A stretch of DNA of 34,997 nt from assembly GCA_964606205.1 (NCBI GenBank), contig CAZSFU010000004.1, positions 1-34,997 on the forward strand, read 5' to 3'. Of this stretch, positions 34,721-34,997 are shown piece after piece. The DNA comes from an uncultured Candidatus Saccharibacteria bacterium (GTDB lineage: Bacteria; Patescibacteriota; Minisyncoccia; Phycocordibacterales; DATDWN01). The translations under genes were made by a program, and so were the position numbers. Position 1 is the first letter of the stretch. Each line of letters opens with the position of its first letter. The notes under the pieces are model-generated. The model was not told the DNA's origin. It worked only from the letters and a program-made list of their open reading frames with translations, and did no database searches.

Positions 34721-34997
34721 TTATTTTGTGAGACTATCAAGTAACTTTTTGAGAGAAATTGAAGCTACGTCTATAATCGAATCTGCCCCTCCATAGTACA
34801 TATAGATATAGCTATTTCTTACAACCGCACCACAAGGGAATACAACATAGTTGACCTGTCCCTCTATCTCATAGGCTTCACGAGGTTCAAAAACAGGGTC
34901 TGTCATCCTAGACAGAACCTTTGTTGGGTCTTTTAGGTCCAAAAGTACCGCGCCAACTCTATAACGAGATCTACCAGAAACACCGTGATATAGGAGT
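34721..34997 (-). CDS. GH130-family glycoside phosphorylase/hydrolase, C-terminal part (5' end off the right window edge)
   Basis: The frame stays open to the window edge. It reads LLYHGVSGRSRYRVGAVLLDLKDPTKVL...YMYYGGADS, which matches the GH130 (DUF377) C-terminal pattern. Confidence 0.75.
   Translation of the reverse strand, partial: LLYHGVSGRSRYRVGAVLLDLKDPTKVLSRMTDPVFEPREAYEIEGQVNYVVFPCGAVVRNSYIYMYYGGADSIIDVASISLKKLLDSLTK

Noticed and set aside
1-34997. Scan for CRISPR arrays, IS elements, integrases or recombinases, prophage modules, toxin-antitoxin pairs and rRNA operons
   Set aside because: I saw no regularly spaced direct repeats. I saw no transposase, integrase or RT-like ORFs, no two-gene TA-like pairs and no rRNA. 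The mobility mechanism of the islands, if there is one, is not encoded in this window.

Overview
This is a low-GC window (about 35-42% by hand count), gene-dense and mostly on the minus strand. It looks like a streamlined Patescibacteria/CPR-type bacterial chromosome. That placement is an inference from gene content: split transketolase, a minimal sugar-phosphate core, many membrane-anchored secreted proteins, and no Shine-Dalgarno (SD) sequences. Ordinary content: tsf (partial)-rpsB, prfA, rpmE, L25, fba, a PfkB kinase, transketolase N and C subunits, rpe-like, rpiB, gap, nrdA-nrdB, DUF192, an RRM protein, a cyclophilin lipoprotein, a 1331-aa G8/beta-helix/LamG surface protein, a metzincin, tRNA-Ser(GGA), a Nudix hydrolase, a LemA-TPM-GGDEF operon, secG, an orphan family-5 SBP, RNase J, an MFS transporter, two small membrane proteins and a partial GH130 gene. 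Several things do not fit. (1) Four sharply bounded high-GC (about 55-65%) single-ORF cassettes sit in intergenic spacers at 1381-2110, 5908-6330, 8252-8690 and 23871-24203. Each carries a strong GGAGG-type SD, whereas the host genes have none and often look leaderless. Three of the four also have a GC-rich terminator (the 5908-6285 ORF has only a weak hairpin). I recognise none of the four proteins. (2) A roughly 0.7 kb locus at 25800-26540 has no credible ORF but has long-range helices, which suggests a structured RNA or a decayed ribozyme or intron. (3) A perfect 52-bp palindrome contains both start codons of the divergent fba and kinase genes. (4) A -10 hexamer lies 6-9 nt upstream of the ATG at more than 10 genes, a recurrent leaderless geometry. 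(5) NrdB shows class Ic-type substitutions (Phe at the radical-Tyr position, Glu at the first metal ligand), and NrdA has a long C-terminal linker. No CRISPR array, transposase, integrase or rRNA is visible. No protein or RNA family call here was checked against a database. All rest on motifs read by eye.
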